Origin: Mesoaciditoga sp.
Lineage (GTDB): Bacteria; Thermotogota; Thermotogae; Mesoaciditogales; Mesoaciditogaceae
Direction: 5' to 3'
Length of the DNA stretch: 64,000 bases
Assembly (NCBI GenBank): GCA_015491995.1
Contig: WGFY01000041.1
Span: 32,518-96,517, forward strand
This document shows, in pieces, positions 45,596 to 55,459 of this stretch. Numbering within the stretch: the stretch's first letter is position 1; each line of letters starts with the position of its first letter. A program made the position numbers and the translations under genes. The notes beneath the pieces are model-generated. The model saw only the letters and a list, made by a program, of their open reading frames with translations. It did not search any database and had not been told where the DNA came from.

Positions 45596-46995
45596 TCAGA
45601 GTGAGGTTCGCTCCCAGCCCAACGGGGTATTTGCACGTCGGTGGAGCGCGGACAGCGTTGTTCGATTGGCTTTTTGCACGAAAAAATGGTGGAAAATTCG
45701 TGTTAAGGATCGAAGACACGGACACACAGAGATCCACAAAAGAGTCGGAAAGGTCCATAATTGAAGATCTGAAATGGTGTGGATTAGATTGGGACGAAGG
45801 CCCAGATGTGGGGGGGGAATTTGGACCCTACAGACAAAGTGATAGAGTAAAATTCGAAATGTACGATGAGCCTTTGAACGAGCTCTTAAAATCAAAAAAA
45901 GCTTACCACGCGATTTACGAAATCGATGATCCGAAAAAGATGATAAAAAAAACGTACTCAGGAAGCGAGGCTAAAGAATACAGAAAAAAAGGACACAGTG
46001 TAACCGTTAACTTCAAAATATCAAAAGGGAAAACGGTATTTGAAGATATAGCCAAAGGAAAGATGGAATTCGACAATTCAACTTTTGACGATCTCGTGAT
46101 CGTCAAATCAAATGGATACCCAACTTATAACTTTGCGGTTGTCGTAGACGATCATCTCATGCAAATTTCACACGTAGTTCGAGGCGAAGATCATCTTACG
46201 AATACACCAAAACAGATCATGATATACGAAGCGCTTGGATGGGAATTACCTAAATTCATGCATATACCACTTATTTTGGGTCCGGATGGGACTCCATTAA
46301 GCAAACGACATGGTGGAACATCCGTTGATCATTTCAGAGCACATGGAATCATGAGCAAAGCTTTTGTCAACTATCTCGCATTGCTCGGCTGGGGAATAGA
46401 GGCTGAGATCTTCAATCCGATCAAACGGATAAACGATTTCAGACTGGAAAACATCTCTCCTAAACCTGTCATTTTCGATTATGCAAAACTCGAATGGATG
46501 AATGGCCAGCACATGCGTAAGATGCCGATTGAAATACTTGTCAAAGAATTTCGAGAATGGTCACAAAAATACAGCCTTTCCTCACTCAAATGGTTTGAAG
46601 AAGCGAGTTACACGGAAAATGTTTTTGAAATATGCAGACAAAAAGTGAATGATCTTATGATATTAAGAGATTTCGCTGAGCCATTTTTCGACGGCGAGCT
46701 TAACTTTGACGAAAAAGCAAAGAACATTCTTGATTCATCACATTCACAACTTTATCTTTCTTCAGCCTTGACGGCGATAAAAGATATTCACGATTGGAGT
46801 GTGGAAAAAGTGGAAAAAGCGATAAGAACTGTTGCTGAAAAGGAGGAAATCTCCAAAAAGAAATTTTTCCAAATTCTTAGAGTGGCCGTGCTTGGCAAAA
46901 CGGTAACCCCCGGACTGTTTGAAAGCATATACGTTCTTGGAAGAGAAAGAACGGTTTTAAGAATTGAAAATGTTCTAAATGGAAAGGAGATCTAA
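45592..46995 (+). CDS. gltX: Glutamyl-tRNA synthetase
   Basis: 467 aa. RFAPSPTGYLHVGGARTAL and the KMSKS-type PLSKRHG. ATGA overlap with the upstream gene. Confidence 0.96.
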   Translation: MIRVRFAPSPTGYLHVGGARTALFDWLFARKNGGKFVLRIEDTDTQRSTKESERSIIEDLKWCGLDWDEGPDVGGEFGPYRQSDRVKFEMYDEPLNELLKSKKAYHAIYEIDDPKKMIKKTYSGSEAKEYRKKGHSVTVNFKISKGKTVFEDIAKGKMEFDNSTFDDLVIVKSNGYPTYNFAVVVDDHLMQISHVVRGEDHLTNTPKQIMIYEALGWELPKFMHIPLILGPDGTPLSKRHGGTSVDHFRAHGIMSKAFVNYLALLGWGIEAEIFNPIKRINDFRLENISPKPVIFDYAKLEWMNGQHMRKMPIEILVKEFREWSQKYSLSSLKWFEEASYTENVFEICRQKVNDLMILRDFAEPFFDGELNFDEKAKNILDSSHSQLYLSSALTAIKDIHDWSVEKVEKAIRTVAEKEEISKKKFFQILRVAVLGKTVTPGLFESIYVLGRERTVLRIENVLNGKEI

Positions 46996-47001
46996 TCAAC
47001 T

Positions 47002-48348
47002 ATGAAATATCTTTTCAAGAAAATCGCTTATCTTGCCACATTTTCTGAAAAAGGAGATTTTGAAAACACATCGCTCGTTGTTGAAGGTAACCGTATCACT
47101 TACATAGGCCATGAAATCCCAAATAAGAAATTCGATCATGTTATAGACTGCTCTAATATGGTGATGCTCCCAGGATTTGTCAACACCCATCACCACCTTT
47201 ATCAATCACTCACAAGAAATGTCAGAAAAGTCCAAAACTCAAAACTTTTCGACTGGCTGGTCAACCTCTACGAGATATGGAAAAATATAGATAATGAAAG
47301 TGTATACGTAAGTGCAGCCATCGCATCCGCCGAAATGGCACTCAGTGGAGTGACAACCACAAGTGACATGCTTTACCTCTATCCCAACAACAGAAATTCA
47401 CTTTTTGATGAAGAAATAAAGGGAGTAGCCCATGTTGGCCTTAGATTTCATCCAACACGTGGTTCCATGTCAATGTCGAAAAAGGATGGCGGCCTTCCTC
47501 CAGATTCGGTGGTTCAAAGTGAAGACGAAATACTATCAGAATATGAAAGGGTTATAGGCAAGTATCATGACAGCTCTAAATACGCCATGTTACGTGTAGC
47601 ACTTGCCCCATGTTCACCATTTTCTGTCACAAAATCTTTGATGATCAAAACACTTGAAATGGCGGAAAAAGAAAACGTTCTTCTTCACACGCATCTGGCA
47701 GAAACAAAGGATGAAGATGGATTCTGCCTCGAAAAGTTCGGATTGAAACCTGTAGATTACATGGAAAAAATTGGTTGGTTGAATCCCCGAGTGTGGTTTG
47801 CCCATCTCGTACATCTTAGCAATAAAGACATAGAAAAACTACGCGCGAATGATGTCGGAGTGTCCCATTGCCCATCTTCAAATATGAGACTCGGATCGGG
47901 AATAGCTCCAATTACCAAAATGAAAGGTATGAGGATTTCCCTTGGAGTCGATGGGAGTGCGTCAAACGATACGGGAAACATGATATTAGAAGCGAGAAAC
48001 GCGTTGCTTCTTCAAAGGGTAAAGTACGGTGCCGATGCTTTAACCCCGAAAGAGGTGATGAAGTTTGCAACTTTAGGCGGAGCTCAAGTGTTGAGAATGG
48101 ACGATTACATAGGTACGCTTGAAATTGGAAAAGCTGCAGATCTTATAACATTCGACATGAACAAAATTGAATTCGCTGGTGGTCTTGACGATCCACTTGG
48201 AGCCATTGTCATGTGTGATGCGAAAAAAGTCGACTTCAACATGGTCAACGGAAAGATGATCGTCGAAAACGGAAGGCTAACAATTGATGATGAAAAAGAG
48301 TTGATCAAAACTCAAAATAAGATATCCAAAAAACTTTTAAGGGGGTAG
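47002..48348 (+). CDS. Amidohydrolase-superfamily nucleobase deaminase (8-oxoguanine deaminase / TRZ-ATZ-like)
   Basis: 448 aa. Metal motif LPGFVNTHHHLYQSLTR, HLAET, and SNM.LGSG segments typical of this subfamily. Confidence 0.75.
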   Translation: MKYLFKKIAYLATFSEKGDFENTSLVVEGNRITYIGHEIPNKKFDHVIDCSNMVMLPGFVNTHHHLYQSLTRNVRKVQNSKLFDWLVNLYEIWKNIDNESVYVSAAIASAEMALSGVTTTSDMLYLYPNNRNSLFDEEIKGVAHVGLRFHPTRGSMSMSKKDGGLPPDSVVQSEDEILSEYERVIGKYHDSSKYAMLRVALAPCSPFSVTKSLMIKTLEMAEKENVLLHTHLAETKDEDGFCLEKFGLKPVDYMEKIGWLNPRVWFAHLVHLSNKDIEKLRANDVGVSHCPSSNMRLGSGIAPITKMKGMRISLGVDGSASNDTGNMILEARNALLLQRVKYGADALTPKEVMKFATLGGAQVLRMDDYIGTLEIGKAADLITFDMNKIEFAGGLDDPLGAIVMCDAKKVDFNMVNGKMIVENGRLTIDDEKELIKTQNKISKKLLRG

Positions 48349-48352
48349 ACTT

Positions 48353-49846
48353 ATGGAAATAAAAGAATTCTACGACTACATGAAAGAAATATCCAAGATA
48401 CAAAATGCCGCGGCACTTGTTGCTTGGGACATGAGAACTAAGATTCCTTCTAAAGGGGCAAGAGATAGGGCAGATGTTATGGGAAAGCTTTCGAGAATGA
48501 CTTTTGAAATGGAGACATCATCAAAGATGGCGGAATTCGTGGAGTATTTCAACAGGTCAAAAGTCAAAGATTCTCTTAATGAAATCGACAAAAGAAATGT
48601 CTATTTGGCAACCAAGCAGTATCGCCGAGGAAAAGCCATACCACCAGAAAAATTTGAGAAATTCATGATCGCGTGTGCACGCGGAGAAACCGTTTGGCAG
48701 GAAGCAAAAGCCGAGTCTAATTTCCAAAAGTTCAAACCAGTACTTGAAGAAATAATCGGATATCTTAAAGATTTTACCGATATGTTCAGCTATGAAGAAA
48801 ATCGATACGATGCACTTTTAGATGAATTTGAACCTTCAACTACGACAAAGGATATACAGAAAGTGATAGATGGTTTAAAAAAAGATCTTATTCCATTCAT
48901 AAAAAAACTTTCTAATACGAAAAGGCCAGATGACACCGCCTTAAAAGGGAAATTTGATAGATCTCTTCAAGAAAGGCTCTCTCTTGAGGCTTTAAAGGTC
49001 ATGAATTACGATTTCAAAGCCGGTAGACTTGATGAAACCGAACACCCTTTTACAATAGGCATAGGCCCAGGTGACGTACGGGTTACCACGAAATACGATC
49101 CAAGTGATTTAAGACCTTCTCTCTTTGGAACAATGCATGAAGGAGGGCACGCACTTTACGAACAGGGAATCTCAGAAAAATACTTTAGGATGCCAATAGG
49201 AACTGGAGCGTCAATGGGAATTCATGAATCTCAATCAAGGACATGGGAGAATATGATAGGAAGGTCCAAGGCATTTTGGAAATTCTTTTACCAGAAACTT
49301 ACCGATATTTTTCCACAATATGGCAAGATTTCAGTTGAAGATTTCTACAAAGCGATAAATGTGGTTGAACCATCTCTGGTAAGAATAGAAGCTGATGAAG
49401 TTACTTACAACCTCCATATAATAATTCGTTTTGAAATTGAAGAGGCTTTGATAAATGATCGCGTGAAAGTTTCCGATCTTCCAGACATTTGGAACGCAAA
49501 GATGCGAGAGTATTTCGGAATTGAACCCTCGAATGACGCGGAAGGTGTCTTACAGGATGTGCATTGGGCTGGAGGACAACTCGGATATTTTCCATCTTAC
49601 ATGCTTGGAAATCTTTATGCAGCACAATTTTTTGCAACAGCCCAAAAAGAGATCCCTGATTTGGAAGAACAGATAAGTTCCGGGGATCTGAAACCATTTA
49701 GAAAATGGCAAAAGGAGAAGATTCATCGGTACGGTGCCCTTTACGATCCAAAAGATCTTATCGTCAAAGTTACCGGTGAGCCACTTACCCATAAATACTT
49801 TATGGATTACATAACCAAGAAATTTTCTGAAATTTATGAGTTCTGA
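48353..49846 (+). CDS. Thermostable carboxypeptidase, peptidase family M32
   Basis: 497 aa. HEGGHALYEQG (HExxH), HESQSR, IRIEADEVTYNLHI. Confidence 0.92.
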   Translation: MEIKEFYDYMKEISKIQNAAALVAWDMRTKIPSKGARDRADVMGKLSRMTFEMETSSKMAEFVEYFNRSKVKDSLNEIDKRNVYLATKQYRRGKAIPPEKFEKFMIACARGETVWQEAKAESNFQKFKPVLEEIIGYLKDFTDMFSYEENRYDALLDEFEPSTTTKDIQKVIDGLKKDLIPFIKKLSNTKRPDDTALKGKFDRSLQERLSLEALKVMNYDFKAGRLDETEHPFTIGIGPGDVRVTTKYDPSDLRPSLFGTMHEGGHALYEQGISEKYFRMPIGTGASMGIHESQSRTWENMIGRSKAFWKFFYQKLTDIFPQYGKISVEDFYKAINVVEPSLVRIEADEVTYNLHIIIRFEIEEALINDRVKVSDLPDIWNAKMREYFGIEPSNDAEGVLQDVHWAGGQLGYFPSYMLGNLYAAQFFATAQKEIPDLEEQISSGDLKPFRKWQKEKIHRYGALYDPKDLIVKVTGEPLTHKYFMDYITKKFSEIYEF

Positions 49847-49861
49847 AACAAAATCCTAATG

Positions 49862-49893
49862 AAGGTGCCCATTCAAGGGCACCTTTTAATTTT
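49862..49893 (+). terminator. Intrinsic terminator after the M32 carboxypeptidase gene
   Basis: AAGGTGCCC-attcaa-GGGCACCTT followed by TTAATTTT. Confidence 0.8.
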
Positions 49894-49901
49894 AGGTATG
49901 A

Positions 49902-49915
49902 TGAAAACGTTTCCA
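49902..49915 (+). promoter_or_regulatory. LacI/GalR-type operator-like palindrome
   Basis: TGAAAACGTTTCCA has one mismatch from the perfect palindrome TGAAAACGTTTTCA, with a central CG. It lies 318 nt upstream of the LacI-family gene. Confidence 0.3.
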
Positions 49916-50232
49916 AAAATACCTTGTTTTTTGCGGATAAAATTCATGAATTTCCTCATTCAAATTCTTATGGCAACAGCAAAAGTCTGAAAGCACCTTG
50001 TTTACTTATTTTAATTGCGTTTTACCATATCGAAATAAAATTACATTTCCATGAAAAATCTATATTTAAGAAGTAAAAACGCAAAAACAAGCTTAACACA
50101 CCACAGATCGTCTTAGATCGCTCAAAAACGCTAATTATCATCCATAATTGTCCTTGAGAGTGTTTGGAAAAAAAGAAATTCTATGTAAGAATTCAATGTA
50201 AATGTTTTCATTATCAACTATGGAGTGAGTGT

Positions 50233-51210
50233 ATGTCAAGCATAAAAGACGTTGCTCGAGAAGCGCAGGTTTCAATAGCCACTGTTTCGAGGGTTTACAA
50301 CAATCCAAAGGTTGTAAGAGGTAAAACGAAGGAAAGAGTCTACTCTGCCGCAGAAAAACTGGGCTACACCCCAAATTTTCTGGCACAAACTTTGAGAAAA
50401 TCAATAGTTGGAACAATTATAGCGATAGTGCCGGACGTGTCAAATGCTTTTTTCATGGATATGGTACGAGGCATACAAGATTATGCCGAATCTCGTGGTT
50501 ACAACGTTCTTATGGGGCATTTCAATCTAAACAACTTCGATATAAGAAAATACGTTAAACTTATAAAATCTAAAGCTGCCGATGGAATCGTGATGGCCAC
50601 AGGTCATAACAGACATTTTAAACCGGTTAAAGAAGCAAGAAACGTTCCAATGGTAACCATTGAAGAGGAGTTCATGGGAAATCCATACATATACGTTGAC
50701 AATTTTGAGGCCATAAAAAAAATAGTTGAATATCTTGCTTTTAAAGGCAGGAAAAAAATGGGATTTTTAGGCTTCAAGACAGAAGAAGAACGCTTTGAGG
50801 CATTCAAAAGTGCTCTCAAAATGTACGGACTCGAATATGATAAAAATATGGTAAAAAAAGGCGAAGAAGTTGGAAAAGCTGTTTACAACAGTGCAATGGA
50901 GTACGTGGAGTCACTCGTCGAAAAGCATAAAATTCCTGAAGCTATTGTCTGCACTTCAGATGTACTTGCAGCTGGAGCCATAAAATGGTTGATCAAAAGC
51001 GGATTGAACGTCCCAAAAGATGTTGCGGTTACAGGGTTCGATAACATCGAAGTTGCCGAACTAGTTTATCCGGGAATAACGACGGTAGAACAGCCTCACG
51101 AGAGTATGGGACACGAAGCGGCACGCCTTTTGATAAATAAAATAGAAGGCCATGAGATAGCAAAAAAAATTGTCTTCCAAACGAGGATAATAATTAGGGA
51201 GTCTGCATAA
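50233..51210 (+). CDS. LacI-family transcriptional regulator
   Basis: HTH IKDVAREAQVSIATVSRV plus a periplasmic-binding-fold effector domain. ATG 50233 has RBS GGAGTGAG, so the extension to 50164 is unlikely. Confidence 0.9.
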   Translation: MSSIKDVAREAQVSIATVSRVYNNPKVVRGKTKERVYSAAEKLGYTPNFLAQTLRKSIVGTIIAIVPDVSNAFFMDMVRGIQDYAESRGYNVLMGHFNLNNFDIRKYVKLIKSKAADGIVMATGHNRHFKPVKEARNVPMVTIEEEFMGNPYIYVDNFEAIKKIVEYLAFKGRKKMGFLGFKTEEERFEAFKSALKMYGLEYDKNMVKKGEEVGKAVYNSAMEYVESLVEKHKIPEAIVCTSDVLAAGAIKWLIKSGLNVPKDVAVTGFDNIEVAELVYPGITTVEQPHESMGHEAARLLINKIEGHEIAKKIVFQTRIIIRESA

Positions 51211-51249
51211 AACGCCCAAAAGGGTGATTTAACAAAAGGAGGGATTTTT

Positions 51250-52491
51250 GTGAAAAGGAGTATTTTTTTAGTTATTGCGATCGTTGCCGTCTTGGTTTTC
51301 TCGTCTTTTGCAAGCACAATTGTCATGACAGCTGGTGCAGTCGGACGTGAATATCAAGTACTTCAACAACAGATTAAAGTCTTCGAGCAACAGAATCCTG
51401 GCATAAAAGTGGTCCTCATGCCTATGCCGAATTCCTCAACGGATCGTTACAATCTTTACGTGACCTATCTGAGTGCTGGAATGCCTCAACCTGACATTTT
51501 GATGCTCGACGTTATATGGCCACCGGCTTTTGCGAATTTTTTGGTTAACCTTAACCCCTACTTTTCCAAATCCGATTTGAAGGACTTTTTCCAAGGCGCA
51601 GTTAAAGCCGATACTTACAACGGAAAACTTGTAGCAGCGCCGTGGTTTATAGATGCTGGATTGCTCTATTACAGAAAAGACTTACTCCAAAAATACGGAT
51701 TTAAACCGCCAAAGACATGGGCTGAGCTTATCCGTGAAGCTCAAGTAATATCTCAAAAGGAAGGCATAAAAGGTTTTGTGTGGCAAGGAGCTGCTTACGA
51801 AGGACTTACTTGTGATTTCATGGAATACGTTCACTCTTATGGTGGCGCGATACTAAACGAAAAAGGCCAAGTGGTATCCGATTCTCCAATGGTCAAAAAA
51901 GCACTTCAAACGATGGTTGACATGGTCTACAAGTACAAAATAAGCCCGGTGGGTGTCACAACTTACATGGAAGAGGAAACCCGTCACATATTCCAAAATG
52001 GCGATGCAGTTTTCATGAGAAATTGGCCATACGCGTGGCCTTTGCTGAACAGCAAAGGTTCAAAAGTGGCAGGTAAAGTTGGAGTGGAACCACTTCCGGA
52101 AGGAACCGGATTCCCAGGGGTTCACCATTCTGCAACTTTAGGTGGATGGCAACTTGGAATTAACAAAAATAGTGAACATGTTGCCGACGCTGTTAAACTT
52201 ATAAAATTTTTACTTTCTCCAGAACAAGAGGCTTACAAAGCTATTAACGCTGGACAAAACCCTTCAAGACTCTCAGTTTACAAAAATCCGGCAGTTATAA
52301 AAGCAAACCCTTTCTACCAATCTCTTTGGCCAGTATTCGCAAATGCTGAGCCAAGACCAAAATCACCAATTTACGCCCAGATTTCTGAAATACTTTATGA
52401 CAACGTTAACGAAGCTCTTACCAAACAGCTTACAGTCGATCAAGCCGTTGGAAAGATGACATCACAGCTCAAAAATCTTCTTGGACAATAA
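51250..52491 (+). CDS. ABC sugar-binding protein, trehalose/maltose-binding-protein (TMBP)-like, CUT1 family
   Basis: 413 aa. Signal anchor. Blocks IDAGLLYYRKDLLQKYG, FVWQGAAYEGLTCDFMEYV, KYKISP, RNWPYAWPL and SATLGGWQLGI match (from memory) the Thermococcus litoralis TMBP. Confidence 0.85.
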   Translation: MKRSIFLVIAIVAVLVFSSFASTIVMTAGAVGREYQVLQQQIKVFEQQNPGIKVVLMPMPNSSTDRYNLYVTYLSAGMPQPDILMLDVIWPPAFANFLVNLNPYFSKSDLKDFFQGAVKADTYNGKLVAAPWFIDAGLLYYRKDLLQKYGFKPPKTWAELIREAQVISQKEGIKGFVWQGAAYEGLTCDFMEYVHSYGGAILNEKGQVVSDSPMVKKALQTMVDMVYKYKISPVGVTTYMEEETRHIFQNGDAVFMRNWPYAWPLLNSKGSKVAGKVGVEPLPEGTGFPGVHHSATLGGWQLGINKNSEHVADAVKLIKFLLSPEQEAYKAINAGQNPSRLSVYKNPAVIKANPFYQSLWPVFANAEPRPKSPIYAQISEILYDNVNEALTKQLTVDQAVGKMTSQLKNLLGQ

Positions 52492-52511
52492 AAGTCTTCT
52501 AAAGTAAAAAA

Positions 52512-52534
52512 AGCGGGGATGCTCCCCGCTTTTT
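52512..52534 (+). terminator. Intercistronic hairpin/terminator after the binding-protein gene
   Basis: AGCGGGG-atgct-CCCCGCT followed by TTTT, 20 nt after the stop and 16 nt before the permease ATG. Confidence 0.7.
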
Positions 52535-52550
52535 CTGAAGGGAGGAAAGA

Positions 52551-53456
52551 ATGCACACAAAAAGAATGGATCCTTTGCATCGTACCGATCCAATTTATGC
52601 GTTAGCTTTTATAATACCCACTCTATTGGTTATAGGATTTATAGCTTTTTGGCCGCTTGGGCAAACTTTTTACAACAGTCTTTTCAAGTCTTCGTTGATG
52701 TACCCTCAGAACAGAATATTCGTGGGTTTTTCTAATTACGGCAAACTTTTTCAAGATTCGCGATTCTTGAACGACTTGTGGAATACAATTCGTTTCAGCC
52801 TTTGGTCTGTCGGAATTGAAACGTTGATGGGAATCCTTATCGCCCTTATGTTGAACAGAGAATTTAAGTTTCGTGGATTGGTTAGAGCGGCGGTCTTGAT
52901 ACCTTGGGCAATACCAACTGTCGTTTCTTCTCAGATGTGGCGTTGGATGTACAACGATAACTATGGAATCATAAACACCTTTTTATTGTCTTTGCACGTA
53001 ATAAAAAATCCCGTTGTTTGGCTTGGATTTCCGGCAACTGCCATGCCCGCCATAATAAGTGTCGATATATGGAAAACAACACCTTTCATGATATTGCTGA
53101 TCTTGGCCGGTCTTCAGATGATCCCAAAAGAACTTTATGAAGCTGCAAGAATAGATGGAGCAAATGCTTGGCAACGTTTTTGGTCTATAACTTTTCCAAT
53201 GATACGCCCAACAATCGGAATTGCTTTGATATTTAGAACGCTTGATGCCATGCGTGTTTTCGATATCGTTTATGTTATGACAAAAGGTGCGGCAAACACA
53301 GAGACCATTTCTGTGTACAATCAATGGACACTTTTCACAAAGGGGTTCATCTCTCCATTCTTTGGATATGGAAGCGCCATGTCAGTTACGATATTTCTCA
53401 TCATAAGCATTTTCGCGATTTTCTACGTCAAAACCATGAAGATCAGATTGGATTGA
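52551..53456 (+). CDS. ABC sugar permease (MalF-like)
   Basis: 301 aa, 6 TM segments. EAA loop EAARIDGANAWQRFWSITFP. Confidence 0.92.
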   Translation: MHTKRMDPLHRTDPIYALAFIIPTLLVIGFIAFWPLGQTFYNSLFKSSLMYPQNRIFVGFSNYGKLFQDSRFLNDLWNTIRFSLWSVGIETLMGILIALMLNREFKFRGLVRAAVLIPWAIPTVVSSQMWRWMYNDNYGIINTFLLSLHVIKNPVVWLGFPATAMPAIISVDIWKTTPFMILLILAGLQMIPKELYEAARIDGANAWQRFWSITFPMIRPTIGIALIFRTLDAMRVFDIVYVMTKGAANTETISVYNQWTLFTKGFISPFFGYGSAMSVTIFLIISIFAIFYVKTMKIRLD

Positions 53457-53467
53457 GGTGAAGGAAC

Positions 53468-54298
53468 ATGAGACATAAAAAGTTGAGAAAATTTTTCTTT
53501 TACATGGGAGTCATCATAGTTTTAACCTACTTTCTTTTCCCATTCTATTGGGCTGTTGTTTCTTCAATACGCCCCGTGTCTGAACTGTTTTCCACTCATC
53601 AATCCCTTATACCGTTTAAAATTCAATTCAAAAATTACGTACAAGTTTTCACCGAGAGACCTTTTGCACGAAACATTCTTAACAGCACCATCGTAGCTGG
53701 TTCGGCTACGCTGCTCTGTCTTGTCATTGGCTCGCTTACTGGATACGCAATCGCCCGCTTGAAATTTGCAGGGAAAATGCTTGTGATGCTGTTCATACTC
53801 TCAGTGAGTATGTTCCCACAGGTGTCGATACTTGGCGCGCTTTTCCAAATATTAAAATCCGCAAAGTTGATAAACACGTACCCAGGTCTTATCATTCCAT
53901 ACATCGCCCTTACGATCCCTTTGACGGTTTGGACACTTCAAAACTTCTTTCGTGACATGCCAAAAGAATTGGAAGAAGCTGCTTACATGGACGGAAGTGG
54001 TAAACTTTCGACCTTTCTGAAGATAGTCCTTCCTTTATCAGCCCCAGGGTTGGTAGCCACTGGACTGCTAACTTTTATATTCTCTTGGAACGAGTTTTTG
54101 TTCGCCCTCACATTTGAACAGCTTCCTAAGATGTATACCGTTCCTGTAGCTATTGCGATGTTTACAGGTTATTATGTGGTTCCTTGGGGTCAAATAATGG
54201 CCGCATCTGTTATAGTCACCGTTCCACTTGTGGTGTTGGTTCTGATCTTCCAAAATAAAATAATAGCTGGCATGACGGCGGGCTCGGTTAAAGGATAA
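53468..54298 (+). CDS. ABC sugar permease (MalG-like)
   Basis: 276 aa. EAA loop EAAYMDGSGKLSTFLKIVLP. Confidence 0.92.
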   Translation: MRHKKLRKFFFYMGVIIVLTYFLFPFYWAVVSSIRPVSELFSTHQSLIPFKIQFKNYVQVFTERPFARNILNSTIVAGSATLLCLVIGSLTGYAIARLKFAGKMLVMLFILSVSMFPQVSILGALFQILKSAKLINTYPGLIIPYIALTIPLTVWTLQNFFRDMPKELEEAAYMDGSGKLSTFLKIVLPLSAPGLVATGLLTFIFSWNEFLFALTFEQLPKMYTVPVAIAMFTGYYVVPWGQIMAASVIVTVPLVVLVLIFQNKIIAGMTAGSVKG

Positions 54299-54494
54299 AT
54301 ACTCCGTCGTATACGCGACATAGTGTTTTATTCATCGGTTTACAAGTGCGTGCCATTTAAAACGGGTCAAACTCATGTGTGTCATCTTTTATTAACCCTT
54401 AAGTTTTTTCAATTAAAGAACTATAAGCTTGTAAATGAGCTTTTGTTTTGTGCTACAATATTCACGTATTTCATATGAAAGTGAGAAGAGCCGA

Positions 54495-55442
54495 ATGGTG
54501 CTTGAGTATGCCAAAGTCGAGAAAGCAAGAGATTACTTTCGCGATTTGTTGAATGATTGTACGATGTGTGCCCGTGATTGCCATGTAAATCGTGAAAAGA
54601 AAAGTGGATTTTGCGGTCAAAGTGTATCCGCTCGCATCAGTGGTGCCCTTCTCCATTTTGGTGAAGAACCACCAATTGTTGGTGATGGTGGGGCAGGAGC
54701 AATTTTTTTCAGTGGATGTGGTATGAGATGTGTATATTGCCAAAATTTTGCGTTCAGCCATCTCAATCATGGCAAAGATGTAAGTGTTGACGAACTTGTC
54801 AGCATATTTTTAAAGCTGCAAAACGCAGGGGCCAATACACTCGACTTGGTAACTCCAGAGCCTCATATGTACGCCATTTTAGAAGCTCTTCTTGAAGCTT
54901 ATAAAAAAGGTTTTTCTCTCCCGATCGTTTTCAACACTTCGAGTTATGTGAGCGACGAAACTCTTAAACATTTGGATGGTGTTGTCGATGTTTATCTTGC
55001 AGATATCCGCTATACCAACGATTTATTTGCACAAAAATATTCATCCACATTTGATTATTGGAAGAAAGCAAGGAAAGCTTTAAGAGAAATGTACAGGCAA
55101 GTTGGATCCTTCAAAAAAGACAAAATGCGTGGTTTGATAGTCAGGCACTTGATCTTTCCAAATGAAGTGGCTGGAACCCGAGAAGCCCTAAGATTTGTAG
55201 CCGAAGAGCTTTCAACATCCGTTCCGATCTCTCTTATGTCCCAATACTTCCCGGTTTATAAGGCTCAAAAAATGTCAATGTTAAACCGTAAAATAACGAA
55301 ATCAGAATATGAGAACGCATTAAAAATTTTAGAAGACTATGGTTTAGATGGATGGTATCAGCCTCTTGAGTCGGAAAAAGAAAAAAGGGTGTACGCCAAA
55401 ACCATAGATAGCTCTTTGTGGTATTTCCCCAAAATGATGTAA
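54495..55442 (+). CDS. Radical SAM protein, PflX-like (COG1313 type)
   Basis: CGMRCVYC (Cx3Cx2C) plus an N-terminal Cys cluster CTMCARDC..GFCG. The start is probably ATG 54495 (MVLEYAK..). Confidence 0.85.
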   Translation: MVLEYAKVEKARDYFRDLLNDCTMCARDCHVNREKKSGFCGQSVSARISGALLHFGEEPPIVGDGGAGAIFFSGCGMRCVYCQNFAFSHLNHGKDVSVDELVSIFLKLQNAGANTLDLVTPEPHMYAILEALLEAYKKGFSLPIVFNTSSYVSDETLKHLDGVVDVYLADIRYTNDLFAQKYSSTFDYWKKARKALREMYRQVGSFKKDKMRGLIVRHLIFPNEVAGTREALRFVAEELSTSVPISLMSQYFPVYKAQKMSMLNRKITKSEYENALKILEDYGLDGWYQPLESEKEKRVYAKTIDSSLWYFPKMM

Positions 55443-55459
55443 AAGAAGGAGGAAGCAAA

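Noticed and set aside
49898-49990. 30-codon ORF (MMKTFPKIPCFLRIKFMNFLIQILMATAKV) in the long spacer upstream of the LacI-family gene.
   Set aside because: It has only a weak AGG with poor spacing and overlaps the operator-like palindrome. Nothing supports translation.
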